From NCBI GenBank assembly GCA_039545335.1, contig BCIN01000002.1, positions 881,118 to 945,117 on the forward strand: a stretch of DNA of 64,000 nt, in the 5' to 3' direction. The first letter of the stretch is position 1; every line of letters begins with the position of its first letter. Under the pieces are notes generated by a model that was not told where the DNA came from, did no database searches, and was given only the letters and a program-made list of their open reading frames with translations. The position numbers were made by a program, and so were the translations under genes. This document shows, piece by piece, positions 24,491 through 35,457 of the stretch. Source of the DNA: Kondoa subrosea (taxonomy: Eukaryota).

Positions 24491-27354
24491 ATGAATCCAA
24501 CTCACAATCAACCAAGTCCCGGTAAGCAGGCGCCTGAATCTTCCTGCATTGAGTCTGATTTTTTTTGCCTTGTTTCTTCAGCAGCTGGCAATCAGACTTC
24601 AGGAGCAGGTGCTTATCACGTTGTCTCTACTTCTGGGCATCGAACTGGTCCAGTAACTGGTAAGCTACTCATTCGTTCGCCTCTGTATACGTTGAACACC
24701 AGTCGTTGCACCAGGCCAACTCCACGGTCAGGCTCCTGTTGCATCAGGGAGACCTGTAACCCCAGTACCTACCGGGAGACCAGGTAAAAGACTTCTCATC
24801 CCCTTTGTCTGTCATTTTTCTGAATTCAATCTGTTCTTCGACAGTGCCTCGTTCGAGCGCTACCATTCAGCAATATGTGAGCCTTGGTTTCGGTAGCCTC
24901 CAATATATATGCTAACGACAGGATGGCTCTCAGCCCCTATCGGATGCAGAGAAACATGAACTAGACAAGGAGAGAAAATGGCTCAGCGATCGATATCCGT
25001 CCGAACGAGTAGATCAGCAATGCAGTGTCGTCACTATCATCAATCATATTCCAGTCAGGGTAGTCGTTGTCTGTGCAATCATGTATTGGGTAGATCATGC
25101 GCTTACGGTTTCTCAGGATTGCACCGATAAAGGATTGACCGGACTCAAATGTCCATCGACGACCTGTCACGCAGAACATGATACAATGTCTCTTGGTCAC
25201 CACCTGTGGGTCTGCCTTGAAAGCCACGGAACCAAGCCCGACCAAGGCGATTACACCAACATGTCACGGAAACTGGTATGAATGCGTTATTCAGGTCCGC
25301 ACTCACTGATTATATATAACAGTGTATGCACCTGTGGCACGCAAGTTCGTACAACACGCATCGATTCGTCAAAGCAGGGAAACTGGAGGCTCTGGTAAGT
25401 CATTTCCATTAGCTGATCTTCACCTGCTGAAAGATGAAGCATACAGCCTGAACCACACGTGTACGGTCCGACGCCTGCTACACGACAGATCATACACACA
25501 TCTGTGCAAACTGAGGTAACTCATCCTATCGCAGTCCACCTCCGAGCTGACCCGGACCTAGGCCATACCTCCTCATGTGTCTACTTCAGGGAACAATCAC
25601 ATCGCACCTACAGCAAGTCTTGCCCATCCTGCCGTTTCTAGTCCCGTCGGCTCCTCTACTCATGTTGGACCAGTCCCCATTCCCAACACATTTCGAGCAA
25701 TTCTACCTCACGCTATCGGTCCGTCGGTATTTCTCAACAGCCTTGCAACAGAGCAAGCGCATCATGGCGCTGGAACATCTACTACGACAAGTCGTGTCAC
25801 ACTTTTAGCGAACGAGGTCATTGATTTACGGAACGAGAGGAAGGAAATGGTCAAAGCTCATCCAGAGCAGCCGAAAGCTGGCCACAATTATGACATTGTG
25901 ACCTTGCTCAACAAAATTCCGGTATTGATAAATGTCGTCAGCGAGATTTTTCCATACGAAGATCAAGCATTGATATTTTCTTTAGAGTTGCGTTGCTGAA
26001 ACCCGTCCTGCTGTTGGTAGTCGCGTTGGTCAAATCTCTCAAGGCTTCAAGTGTCCTGCCAAATCTTGCACTGCGATCTACAACACACAGGGTCTTTCTC
26101 AGCATCTTTGGCCTTGTCTTTTAAGACATGCTGGACGTGTTCACCAAACAGACTACTCGGAAATGCTTCAAAAATTGGCATATACATTTCGGAATGGTGT
26201 CCTGCTCGTGCTAATTGCAAGGTATAGAACATCCGCATCAAGAATGGTCAGCAATACAATGCGCACTATCTGGTCAGCAGTGGCAGATTGGAGCGTCTAG
26301 TATGTAGACCCAATTTGAGCTTAGCCTGTAACTGACGTAGAATACAGCCCGATGACACTAAAGTTACGCACCTCTCAGCTAATAGCGAGGTCTCTTCGGA
26401 AGATCAGCTATCGGCCGAAAAAGACAGACTAAGCGATCAATACCCTACGCAACAAATAATCGGGCAGCAAAGCAACTTTGTGACTGTGTTGGATACAATC
26501 CCGGTCAGGGTGACACTTGTGAGCCAAGTATCATACCTAGCAGACCGTCGTGTCCATGCCCTGCAGGATTGCGTACGCCTTTTGGTCAACGGCACAGAAC
26601 GATCGGGATTCAGATGCCCCGGAAAGATGTGCGGCAATTCGACTCACCCTGCAATATCAATATGTCGTCATGTTATGTCGTGTCTCTACAATACACACAA
26701 GTACGACAGTGCCGAAAGTTATGCGGCGATGCTCAAAAACTTGGTTAGATTGTAGCTGGCGAACTTTAACTGTGCTGATGATATTCCTAGACCATTTGTA
26801 TCGACGGCAATAAGCCGTACAATGAACACTGGCTGGTGAAAGCGGGCAAGAAACCTGCCTTGTTGAGGAATATCGACATCAGCTTTTGCGCGGGTACTTA
26901 CCCTCATACAGCCTATTCCAGGGCCTTCTACACCTTCTTCGTCTTCCTCCGGTCCTGTACCTGTATGTTCACATTACTGAAGCCTGTCTGCTTGTGTATA
27001 ATTGCAATAGGCATACCAATCTTTTGAATATGATGGCAAGGAGTGGAATATTAAACTGGTACGTTGTTCAGCGGGGCTTTTGATCTCGTTCAAAAATCCT
27101 CGCAGTCATTCAAAAACGGCAATTTCAAATGTCCGCTAAGTAAGACAGAAAAGGACGCCTGTTTCAGCTCTGAAAAGGAGGGCTTTAAGTGGTTGGAATA
27201 CCGTCTGATACAAACCCATATCAAAGCCCATCTGTGGAGAATTCGGAACGAACACGCAGCCACTTACAAAGCAGAGTGGGAGAAATTGGTATGTCGCTTC
27301 CCTCATGCGAAGCCACTCTGAGCGAATGGCTTCCAGCTTCCTCAACCCAAATGA
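24491..27354 (+). CDS. Uncharacterised multi-exon protein with three tandem ~115-aa C2HC zinc-finger-like modules and a divergent fourth finger; may be a decaying gene
   Basis: Hand-spliced exon chain from ATG 24491; fingers CPSTTC-x11-HLWVC, CPAKSC-x11-HLWPC, CPGKMC-x12-HVMSC; 72-nt exons at 25323-25394, 26228-26299 and 26791-26862; lesions near 25985, 26178 and 26863. Confidence 0.75.
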
Positions 27355-28439
27355 AGTAATGGTTTTGTGGAAGCATAAACGGACAATTTCAATTTCCTTA
27401 CTTTTCCTTTCCATGTATAGTAGCATTCTCAAATTCTATATCAGTATTATCATTCTTTTCTTCACTGATCCTTGCAGCTTTTGCGCGCACTGCTGTATGC
27501 CTTCACAACAAAACTTCTATCCGAGATCACACTTCGCTCTGTCTAGACGTTCACCCAGAAGAGTGTGCTGAAAATCGCCTATCGGCCGCATCAGTAGTAA
27601 TGTACAACGCATAGCAAAAAGGTCAGGCGTTTAGTTTTAAGCGAATGAGCGGATTCAACTGTTTGATTAGTCAAGCGAGAAGGGAAAGATTCACCTTTGG
27701 TAGAGTTTTAACGCACGGAAGGCAAATCAAGGAAATTGCAGAGCGGGCTTATCGCAAAATATGGATGAGCCATCGCAAGGGAGTCAACAAGCGCAACAAG
27801 CAGATAAAGGAAGGTAGTCACAGATCAAGACTACCAGTCGCTGTAGAATCCCGGACTGATTGATTTTGCTTCAAGAGAAGATAGCGATACTGCAGACAGA
27901 CAGAAGAAACGAGAGCAAAGACAGTACAGCGATTCCTCAGCCCATGCCGAAGCTGCATCGAATCTGCGTTGTATAGAAATTTGTGAAAAATGACTTGGTG
28001 ATCCTTAAAGATTGCAGATAGACCGAAAGACACGAAGAAGCAGAAGAGAGAAAAGCAACGGCTTATAACCAAGTCCAATCAAATCAGTTCGCAAATTTGG
28101 ATTACTACTGTCAACGTAGATCGACAGCTTCTCTACTGATGGCGTTGAGTCCGTTCTGATGCAAAGCATCCTTCTTGCTGTTCCGGAGCCTTATCGCCTT
28201 CAATCAAAATCGATATCTTGCAGGGCAAAGCTCGAGCTTTCCAAGAGTTTCTTCGCTTACTAGTAAGCACAGCAAGGGTATGCACTGCCGAGGCTTATCT
28301 CTCTGTATTGATCCGCTCAAGCAGTGTTTGGCGGTCAAGAACAACCGAGGTCCTGGCGAGAAGTGCTTCTTTTCTGCTATCAGCGCGCTTCAGCCGAGTC
28401 ACTTATCTCTGTCTTGTGTGCACCAACTCTTCATCTGAC

Positions 28440-29974
28440 ATGCCTGGCCGTCTCAATAATCGGTAATCCTTTGCTTCTATTCTGGCCTCGCTGCTTGCGT
28501 TTTGACTCGTCATTGATAGCGTGGCCTTAATCACTGGTGCTGGCTCAGGCATCGTCAGCGCTCCTTTGAGCTACCTTGATTTCTTTTGATTGGATTGATA
28601 GGGACTGGAAACCTCTTTGCTCTTTGGTCGAGAAGGTGCCAAAGTTGTTGTTGTCGACTTGAACTTGGAAACTGCTACCAAATGCGCTCAACTCGTCAAC
28701 AAACGTTATGGTAGCGGATCTGAAATCGCTGTTCCTGTTCAAGCAGACGTTGCCAAAGAGGATCAGATTGAAGCTGCTGTGAAGAAGGCGGTCGATACTT
28801 TTGGTAGACTAGATATCATGTGTGCGTGAACATGTAGGGTCCTTTCAGTTATAACTGATTTGCTCTTTTACATGACGGCACAGTCAACAACGTAAGCTCA
28901 TCCTTTCGCTCATTCCCGCTTGATCTGGCATTTACAACTGATTGTAGGCTGGTATTATGCATCCTAAAGGTATATTTCTCCTTCTACATCTCTCTTGCAG
29001 TCTCTTACCACATGGTGTCAGACGACAACGCGGAAAACACACCAGAAAGCATCTTTGACCTGACCTATGCGATCAACGTCAAAGGTGTCTGGTATGGCTG
29101 CAAGCACGCAATCAGAGCAATGTTAGCCAACCCAACGGATGAAAGCAAAGGTTTGAGGTCTGGCGGATCGATCATCAACACTGCTTCTTTCGTTGGTCAA
29201 TTAGGAGCGGCTACACCTCAATTGGCTTGTACGTTTCCCCTTATTTCGGCTATTAAGTATCACATCTGATGATGATACGATAGACACTGCCTCAAAAGTA
29301 CACTTTAGTTGCGTTCTGTTTAGTGAGAAAGCTGATTTGAGCCGAAAATAGGGAGCCGTTCTAGCTATGACAAGAGAATTGGCAGCAGTACATGCAAGAG
29401 AAGGTATCAGAGTCAACTCTCTATTACCGTCAGTCTTTCTTTCTCGCCTTTGCCTCCAATCGTGCTGAATAGCTTGTAGTGGTCCACTTCGAACACGTAT
29501 GTCATATATCTACCTAGCTTAACTCAAACTGAAGTTGGTTTGATGACGTACAGCACTACTCATGGATTTCCTCGATACACCAGAGAAGAAAGAAAGACGT
29601 TTGGTACATGTTCCAATGGGAAGATTTGGTGAAGCTATCGAACAAGCTCAAGCAGTCCTGTTCTTGGCTAGTCCTGAGAGTTCTTATGTCACTGTATGTC
29701 AATACTTCCATACGATATGGAGATGGATGCTGATTTGTTGATGGTAGGGAATGGATATGAAAGTGGATGGTGGATTGACCGCTGCTTGTAAGCAACAGGG
29801 ATCAAGTACCAGCTCAATGTAGCTGACCTGATTCTTGATTCTTACAGATGTCGTAAGTGTACTTGTTATTTCTGCGAACCGGACAACTGATACTCAATGC
29901 AGACTCCATTGGGCGAACCTCATGGCATTCCTCCAACCAACCTCTCTGCTGATTCAGCTGAAGGAACTCTTTGA
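28440..29974 (+). CDS. Classical short-chain dehydrogenase/reductase
   Basis: VALITGAGSGIG, FNNAGIMHP, SIINTASFV, catalytic YTASKGAV, DGGLTAAYVTP; many small exons. Confidence 0.93.
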
Positions 29975-30429
29975 GAAGTACAGGATAAGAAGTGATAGTG
30001 ATAGAGGCTAGAGAGGTAATTACATATAGACAGCATTTTGGCATATCATACCAAAAACATCATATGTCCTTTACGCGATCATCAGCTAATGATGCGCATC
30101 TGGGACTTCGCAATCAAACTTGACTGCTACAGAGCTGTCTACTTTGCTTTACTGCTGTTTCGAAATTTCGAAGGTTTCGGAAATCCATGTCGAACACCCT
30201 TGTTCTAGCACGACGATACCAAGATCTAGCCTGACACCCTTCTCAACGTCGGAATAGCAGTCGGATGCGCGCGCTATAGCTGGAGAAGTACTGCAGAAGC
30301 TGGACAGTCTCAAGCTGACTCGGTGAAACCGTGAACAAGACAACGCAGCAACTTCTCTCTATGTGTCCTGCTTCGCTCTGCCTCTTTCATTCAGTTGCAA
30401 GTTGTACTGTCCTTGCTTATCCCTCGAAT

Positions 30430-30690
30430 ATGGCTGGCTTTGACCTGATCACTCCAGCTCGTTTGGTTCTACCGTATACATTTACTTGATGGAACCTTTC
30501 TTTACATCTACTGCGAAGCGATGGACAAGCTGTATAACGAATCTTTGACCGCTCTAGCTAGTACGCTTTCCGAAAGAAGACCAGTCGAGCCTACTTTAAT
30601 TAGCTGTGTGGTCATCTAACGGACGAACTTTCAAAAGTCGCTGTCAGCATGCAAGAGCGTTGAAAACAGTCTTCGACCCGTTGTAAAAGT
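30430..30690 (+). pseudogene. Possible gene remnant
   Basis: ATG 30430, a putative intron, then an exon-like frame ending at donor gtaagc with one in-frame TAA (30617-30619). No family recognised. Confidence 0.3.
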
Positions 30691-30719
30691 AAGCGAGCAT
30701 TTCTTCTTGAGCTCTGTAT

Positions 30720-31085
30720 ACTCGCCGCTATACCTCAAGAAGCCTCATTTGGTCCCTCTGTGCTCGGTCATGCGGTAAATGTTCTGGGTTGTACTCTGCG
30801 GAGGATCGTCTAGATATCACCTGGCTTGCATTTGAAGAGGGACTTTCTCCATGAAGCCTTCGATAGCGAAGTGCTCATGGTGGATTTCTTGGTCTTTTGG
30901 CATGCTCTCGCCCGCTATATCCTAAGGACCCTCACTCCTTCCTTAGTGCTTGCTCATGCGGTAAATGTACTGCGCTGTTCTCTGCGGAGAATCACTTGGG
31001 CGTCACCTGACTTGCATCTGAAGAGGGATTGCCCCATTGAGCCTTCCATAGCGAAGTGCCTTTGGGAGGCATCTCGACCTCTTGG
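30720..31085. repeat. Diverged tandem duplication, period about 186 bp
   Basis: catgcggtaaatgt at 30769 and 30955; shared blocks ctctgcggag, cttgcatYtgaagaggga, gccttcSatagcgaagtgc. Confidence 0.85.
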
Positions 31086-31289
31086 CCTTCTGCATCCTCT
31101 TTCCGCTTCTTCGGATTTTATAGCATTCTCGGTCATCTAGACTGACTTTGCACTTTATACAGTTGCGCGTGTGGAATCGCTGGCATGAATACCTCCTAGG
31201 AAAGCGCCTTCATTTGTTTACTTCTCTTCCTGGCTTTTCTGTAAGCCCTTGTGTTTCTCCGCTGTTGTATTATACTGAATGTACCCTTC

Positions 31290-32123
31290 GCACGCTAAAG
31301 TCCAATTCTATCTCAGCGGCCTCAGCATCAAGAGGACAGCGCTCAAATAGAGAAGAAGAAGCAGGACGTTCAGCTGGCTCCTCAATCTCCAGTCGTGCAT
31401 CGACCTCTTCTCGATCTTCTTCAGAATCTTCGTCCCTCTCAGTGTCACTTCCTTCCATACCGGACGCTCGTGGGCCTAAGGCTTCCAATTCAAGCTCAGT
31501 AAACGCAAGTCGTCCCGAGGAGTGTCATCTCGCAATCGCGCGCAAGTTTTGCAAAGAGATCGAGAGAATAGCTACTTTCTACGCCCAGAACGCAATAGAT
31601 GAGGACGGGGAGCTCTCAAGGCGCTTCCGAAACTTCCAGAGCCAAATTTGGCGGTTAAAGTAAGTGTCTTTGTGCAAGCTCTTCTCTATTGTACTGATCA
31701 ATTTCTTCAGATTGATTAGTCGAAAACTCAATCGCAAGCTATACTATGGTCGCAACTACTGGACACATGCCGATACCTACAAAGAGCCAATTGTGGTGCA
31801 ACATGCTTTAAAGTTCTTTGAGGACAACACGATTTCATGAGAGCTTAAGGTGAAGGTGAGCAGTACTTCTATGATTGCTAGATCCGGCTGAATGTGCTTC
31901 TTCTCTAGGCATGAGCGAGTCTTTGGAAGCCCTCTTTGACAGCAAACTTCTCTTCTTTCACGAAATTGAAGAAGCTCGGAGAGCAGCAATGCGATCACTT
32001 AAGCCAGCAGATCTCACTTTCGAGGCGATCAAAGCAGCAGTCGATCCAAAGTGTCAAAAGCGCAAGGCTGACGAAGACATGGTTGCTGGTTCTGCTGAGA
32101 AGAGGAGCAAGTCTGACAAATAG
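31290..32123 (+). pseudogene. Spliced gene remnant with premature stop
   Basis: Ser-rich exon, intron 31660-31710, exon LISRKLNRKLYYGRNYW... with in-frame TGA 31838-31840, intron 31856-31908, out-of-phase last exon ending KRKADED...KRSKSDK*. Confidence 0.55.
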
Positions 32124-32319
32124 AATCGGGAATAGTAGGTATATTGAAGTGAATATGTATAAACAGGTGTACGAAGAGGTGTTCAGTTGGGTTGTGGATG
32201 TATTGATAGTATTGCATTGAATTGCCCTTGTCTGACATTTGCTGGTTCCCCGCTTGACTCTGCTTTTATTCCTTCTTGCGTATATAGCTTCCTCTTGGTT
32301 CTGTTGTATACTGAGCTTC

Positions 32320-32860
32320 AGAGCCTGGCTTTTCCTTTGCTTTGAGAAGCAACAGCTACCCCTAAAGTGGTAGTAACAGAGCCATATGTAGCTGGAATAC
32401 CTGCTTGGATGACGGTAAGGTCGGCAGGTGAGACGGAAGAAGAGCTGGAAATCAAAGCACTTGTGAAAGAGCTCGAAGAAGACAAAGAAGGAGCTGGAAG
32501 GATGTCTGTCTTAACAGCTGCAATTGAGTTCATAGGAGTGTGCCGTTCCCAATGTATGTGAGTCATTCCACAGCCAATGTATTGTTCAGAATAACAGTTC
32601 TACAAGAAACGTCAGCCGATTGCTTCTCAATACTAGAGGAAAGCAAATACACTCTTCAACTCAGCCACAGCTTTCGCAGCGAATACACCACAATTATTCG
32701 CTTCATTTGCCTACGCAACATTGCATGAGCATATTTTCGACAAGAAGCTCTGGAAAGCAACTTACGGCCCAAACGAATACATCAGTAGGATCATCGAGCT
32801 TGATAAAGAAGCTCTGAACGTAGGTATTGATGCCTGCCATCCAATCGCCGTATTGACCAG
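32320..32860 (+). pseudogene. Gene remnant with in-frame stops
   Basis: Coding-like exon (VRSAGETEEELEIKALVKELEEDK), then a frame ...HEHIFDKKLWKATYGPNEYISRIIELDKEAL... interrupted upstream by TAA/TAG and ending at donor gtgaga. Confidence 0.45.
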
Positions 32861-33454
32861 GTGAGATGCTAGGCAAACTGTCATAGGTGTAGACAACCGA
32901 ACCACTAGAGCTTCTCTTTCAGTAGCAAGCCGAGGTGTGACAGCAACACAGAGACTCACGTGCAATTGACACCCATATAGGTAGTCAATTGAATTGCCAT
33001 AGCAGGAGCAAGCATGAAAAGAAGTGTTATGGGAAAAAAACATGATGTATGCGAGTCAGAGGTGCAAAGAATGAGAAAGAAAACCGAATGAGATCAAAAG
33101 AGACACAGCGACATCTTGGGAACAGAATGCGTGCAGAAGGTGTGAGCACAACATATGGGCATGCGGCTGGACATATTCCCTTTGTTGACCAGACTGCTTG
33201 ATACATCCGGTCAGGCTGGACTGAGGATTAGAGCGTCAACTCTTTGTGATGTGAATACCGAAGTAATCATGTGAGATGACAGGTCAAAAAGAGTAAAGGC
33301 GTTTCATCGGAAGGATAAGAAGCAGTCCAAACAGAAAGGCTGGCTTCGACGATACAATTCGGATATGAGTGCCATGTAGGACAGTGGGCCTAGAGAAAAG
33401 GAATTAGCGCGTTTCGTACGCGAGCTGAAGATGCTCACAATGTTGAATGTTGGA

Positions 33455-35220
33455 CTACTTCTTAGCGAAATGAGGTAACATGTACAAAACCACCTTGCCT
33501 TGCTCATTGCCCAAAGCAACATATTCACTCCTCTTGGAAAAGCTAACGCTAGTAACCACACCAAGAGGTGTTTGAGCTGTTGGCCAATTGGAGAAAACAG
33601 TCATGCTAGGCAAATGTACCATCTTGAGTGCGTCTTTCTTCTCGTTTGAAGCTAAAGCTAGAAGCTGAGAATCGTGATTGAAGGTCATTGTCGTTGCAGC
33701 TGTTGTCAAATTGGTAATCGTTTTCAATGGTTGTCTTGTTCTCGGTGCTGATGTAGGAATTGATGAAGTAGCTACTTCGTGCGAATAGATATTGACAATA
33801 CCAGTTGCGGTTCTAAACTTTGCATCAGAGAAGCATCATAAACCAGTATGACGAGGACTTACGAAGCAGCAACATATTCTTCCTTCTTATCGCTTTCTAA
33901 CCCTAATGAACTGAATCCACCTTCATCAATCCATCTACTCAAACATCTTCCCATCCTCACGTCCCAAACATAAACTTGCGAATCTTTGCCCAAAGTCAAG
34001 AGTTCCAATCCACCTTTCGTCCAACACAAGCCTTTAAGCGGACCATTGGCTTTCAAATCGCCTACTACGCTTTGACTACTTTGATCGATAAGATAAACAT
34101 GACCTTGATTCCCAACTGCAGCTAAAACACTACCATCGGGTGAATATTTGTAAGTGGATTGTAAGAGAAAATGATCTTGGCCTAATCGAAGGGAAGAAGG
34201 TGATTTAGTGATTTTGCCAGCTTGGAGATCATAGGTGAGATAAAAAGGTTTATCGTGACCTGTAAGTATGACGGAAGAACCTGATGGATGGAACAAAGCT
34301 GAAGAAATAGGTAATTCTGGTACATGAATAGATTGCAGAAGTGGATTAGTCGTGCCGTTGATTTGAAAGAGACGAAGTCGACGATCTGAAGATGCAGTGA
34401 AGAGAACATCTGCCGAAGGGTGAAATTGAGTTGAGAGAATAGGTGCCTTCGTGAAAGGTTCAGCTTATAAACCAATATAATCAATAGAAGGCTTACTTTG
34501 GTATCTGAATCGTGATTCGCATTACGAACTCGCTCGACATCAAGTAATATAGAAGGCAGAGGTCCAGTTCGGGCTAATTTCTTCAGACCCACAGAAGTAC
34601 TTTGTAGAAGCCTATCTCCATCGTCTTTTTCGTCATCGGGCTGATCTCTCAGTCTTTTCCGAGCGGATGCAGCCCAGGCAGGAGTTCCATTGACTTTCTG
34701 ATAATATGCTCGCAATTTCGCTTCGTATTGAGTGCCATTGATTGTATCTTCTGCAGCAGATGTACGAAGTTTCCGCAACCGTGCATTATCAGCCAAAGAG
34801 ACAGACAGAGCAGCGTCAGCTGGATCGTGCCAAATCGCCTTCTTCTTGGTCGAGGTTATTTCTGACGCTAGCTCTTGCTCTTGGATGTCTTCTGATCCAT
34901 CTTCTCGAGCATCAGGTGCATCAATGAAGAACAGCTAGAGCCAATGTAAGCCTGCGAGAAAAAAAATACTTTGAGAGCTGTCATGAGCTGACCTGCTCAT
35001 CATCTAGGTTATCTAGCTCTGCATCTTCATCAATCACCGCCCGTCCTTTGCCTTTGCCTGATACACCGCTTGGCTGAAGACTGCCAAACAGTTCTGCTTC
35101 CAAGGCTAACTCTTCAGCTGACTTTTCATTCAACCCTGATACAGCTGAGCCCAAAGGTGCGATACCCTCTTTAGGTTGTCGATGCTTCTTCTGCGTCTTG
35201 CCTGTCTTTCGGGAGATCAT
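33455..35220 (-). CDS. UTP18: U3 snoRNA-associated WD40 protein Utp18
   Basis: RLRKLRTSAAEDTINGTQYEAKLR, TPAWA, RLFQINGTTNP, C-terminal VHLPSMTVFSNWPTAQTPLG...GNEQGKV. Confidence 0.93.
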
Positions 35221-35457
35221 CTGCTTGTCACAGGTCAAGCTATATTTCGTGGTGCGCGCACAGGTTGTTTCGAACGCTCATCTGCTCGGCTGGCTATACC
35301 TCTGGCCTGTATGATACCTCCATTCATGTGATACACTCCCACAGATTACCCTTGTCCTTGACTCTGATACACTTCGAGCGAAAAGCCTACCTACCGCTTA
35401 TTGTTGTCGCTCGTCTTTAATCGGGAATCCACAAATACAACCTGTATCAATGCAATA

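Noticed and set aside
27059..27105. Apparent frameshift before the fourth finger
   Set aside because: Resolved by a normal 47-nt GT-AG intron that keeps the frame.
27360..28430. 1-kb gap with several short ORFs
   Set aside because: No coherent exon chain, RNA gene or repeat found by eye.
35275..35285. PAC-like CTCATC upstream of UTP18
   Set aside because: A short motif expected by chance; no reason to assume the ascomycete element applies here.
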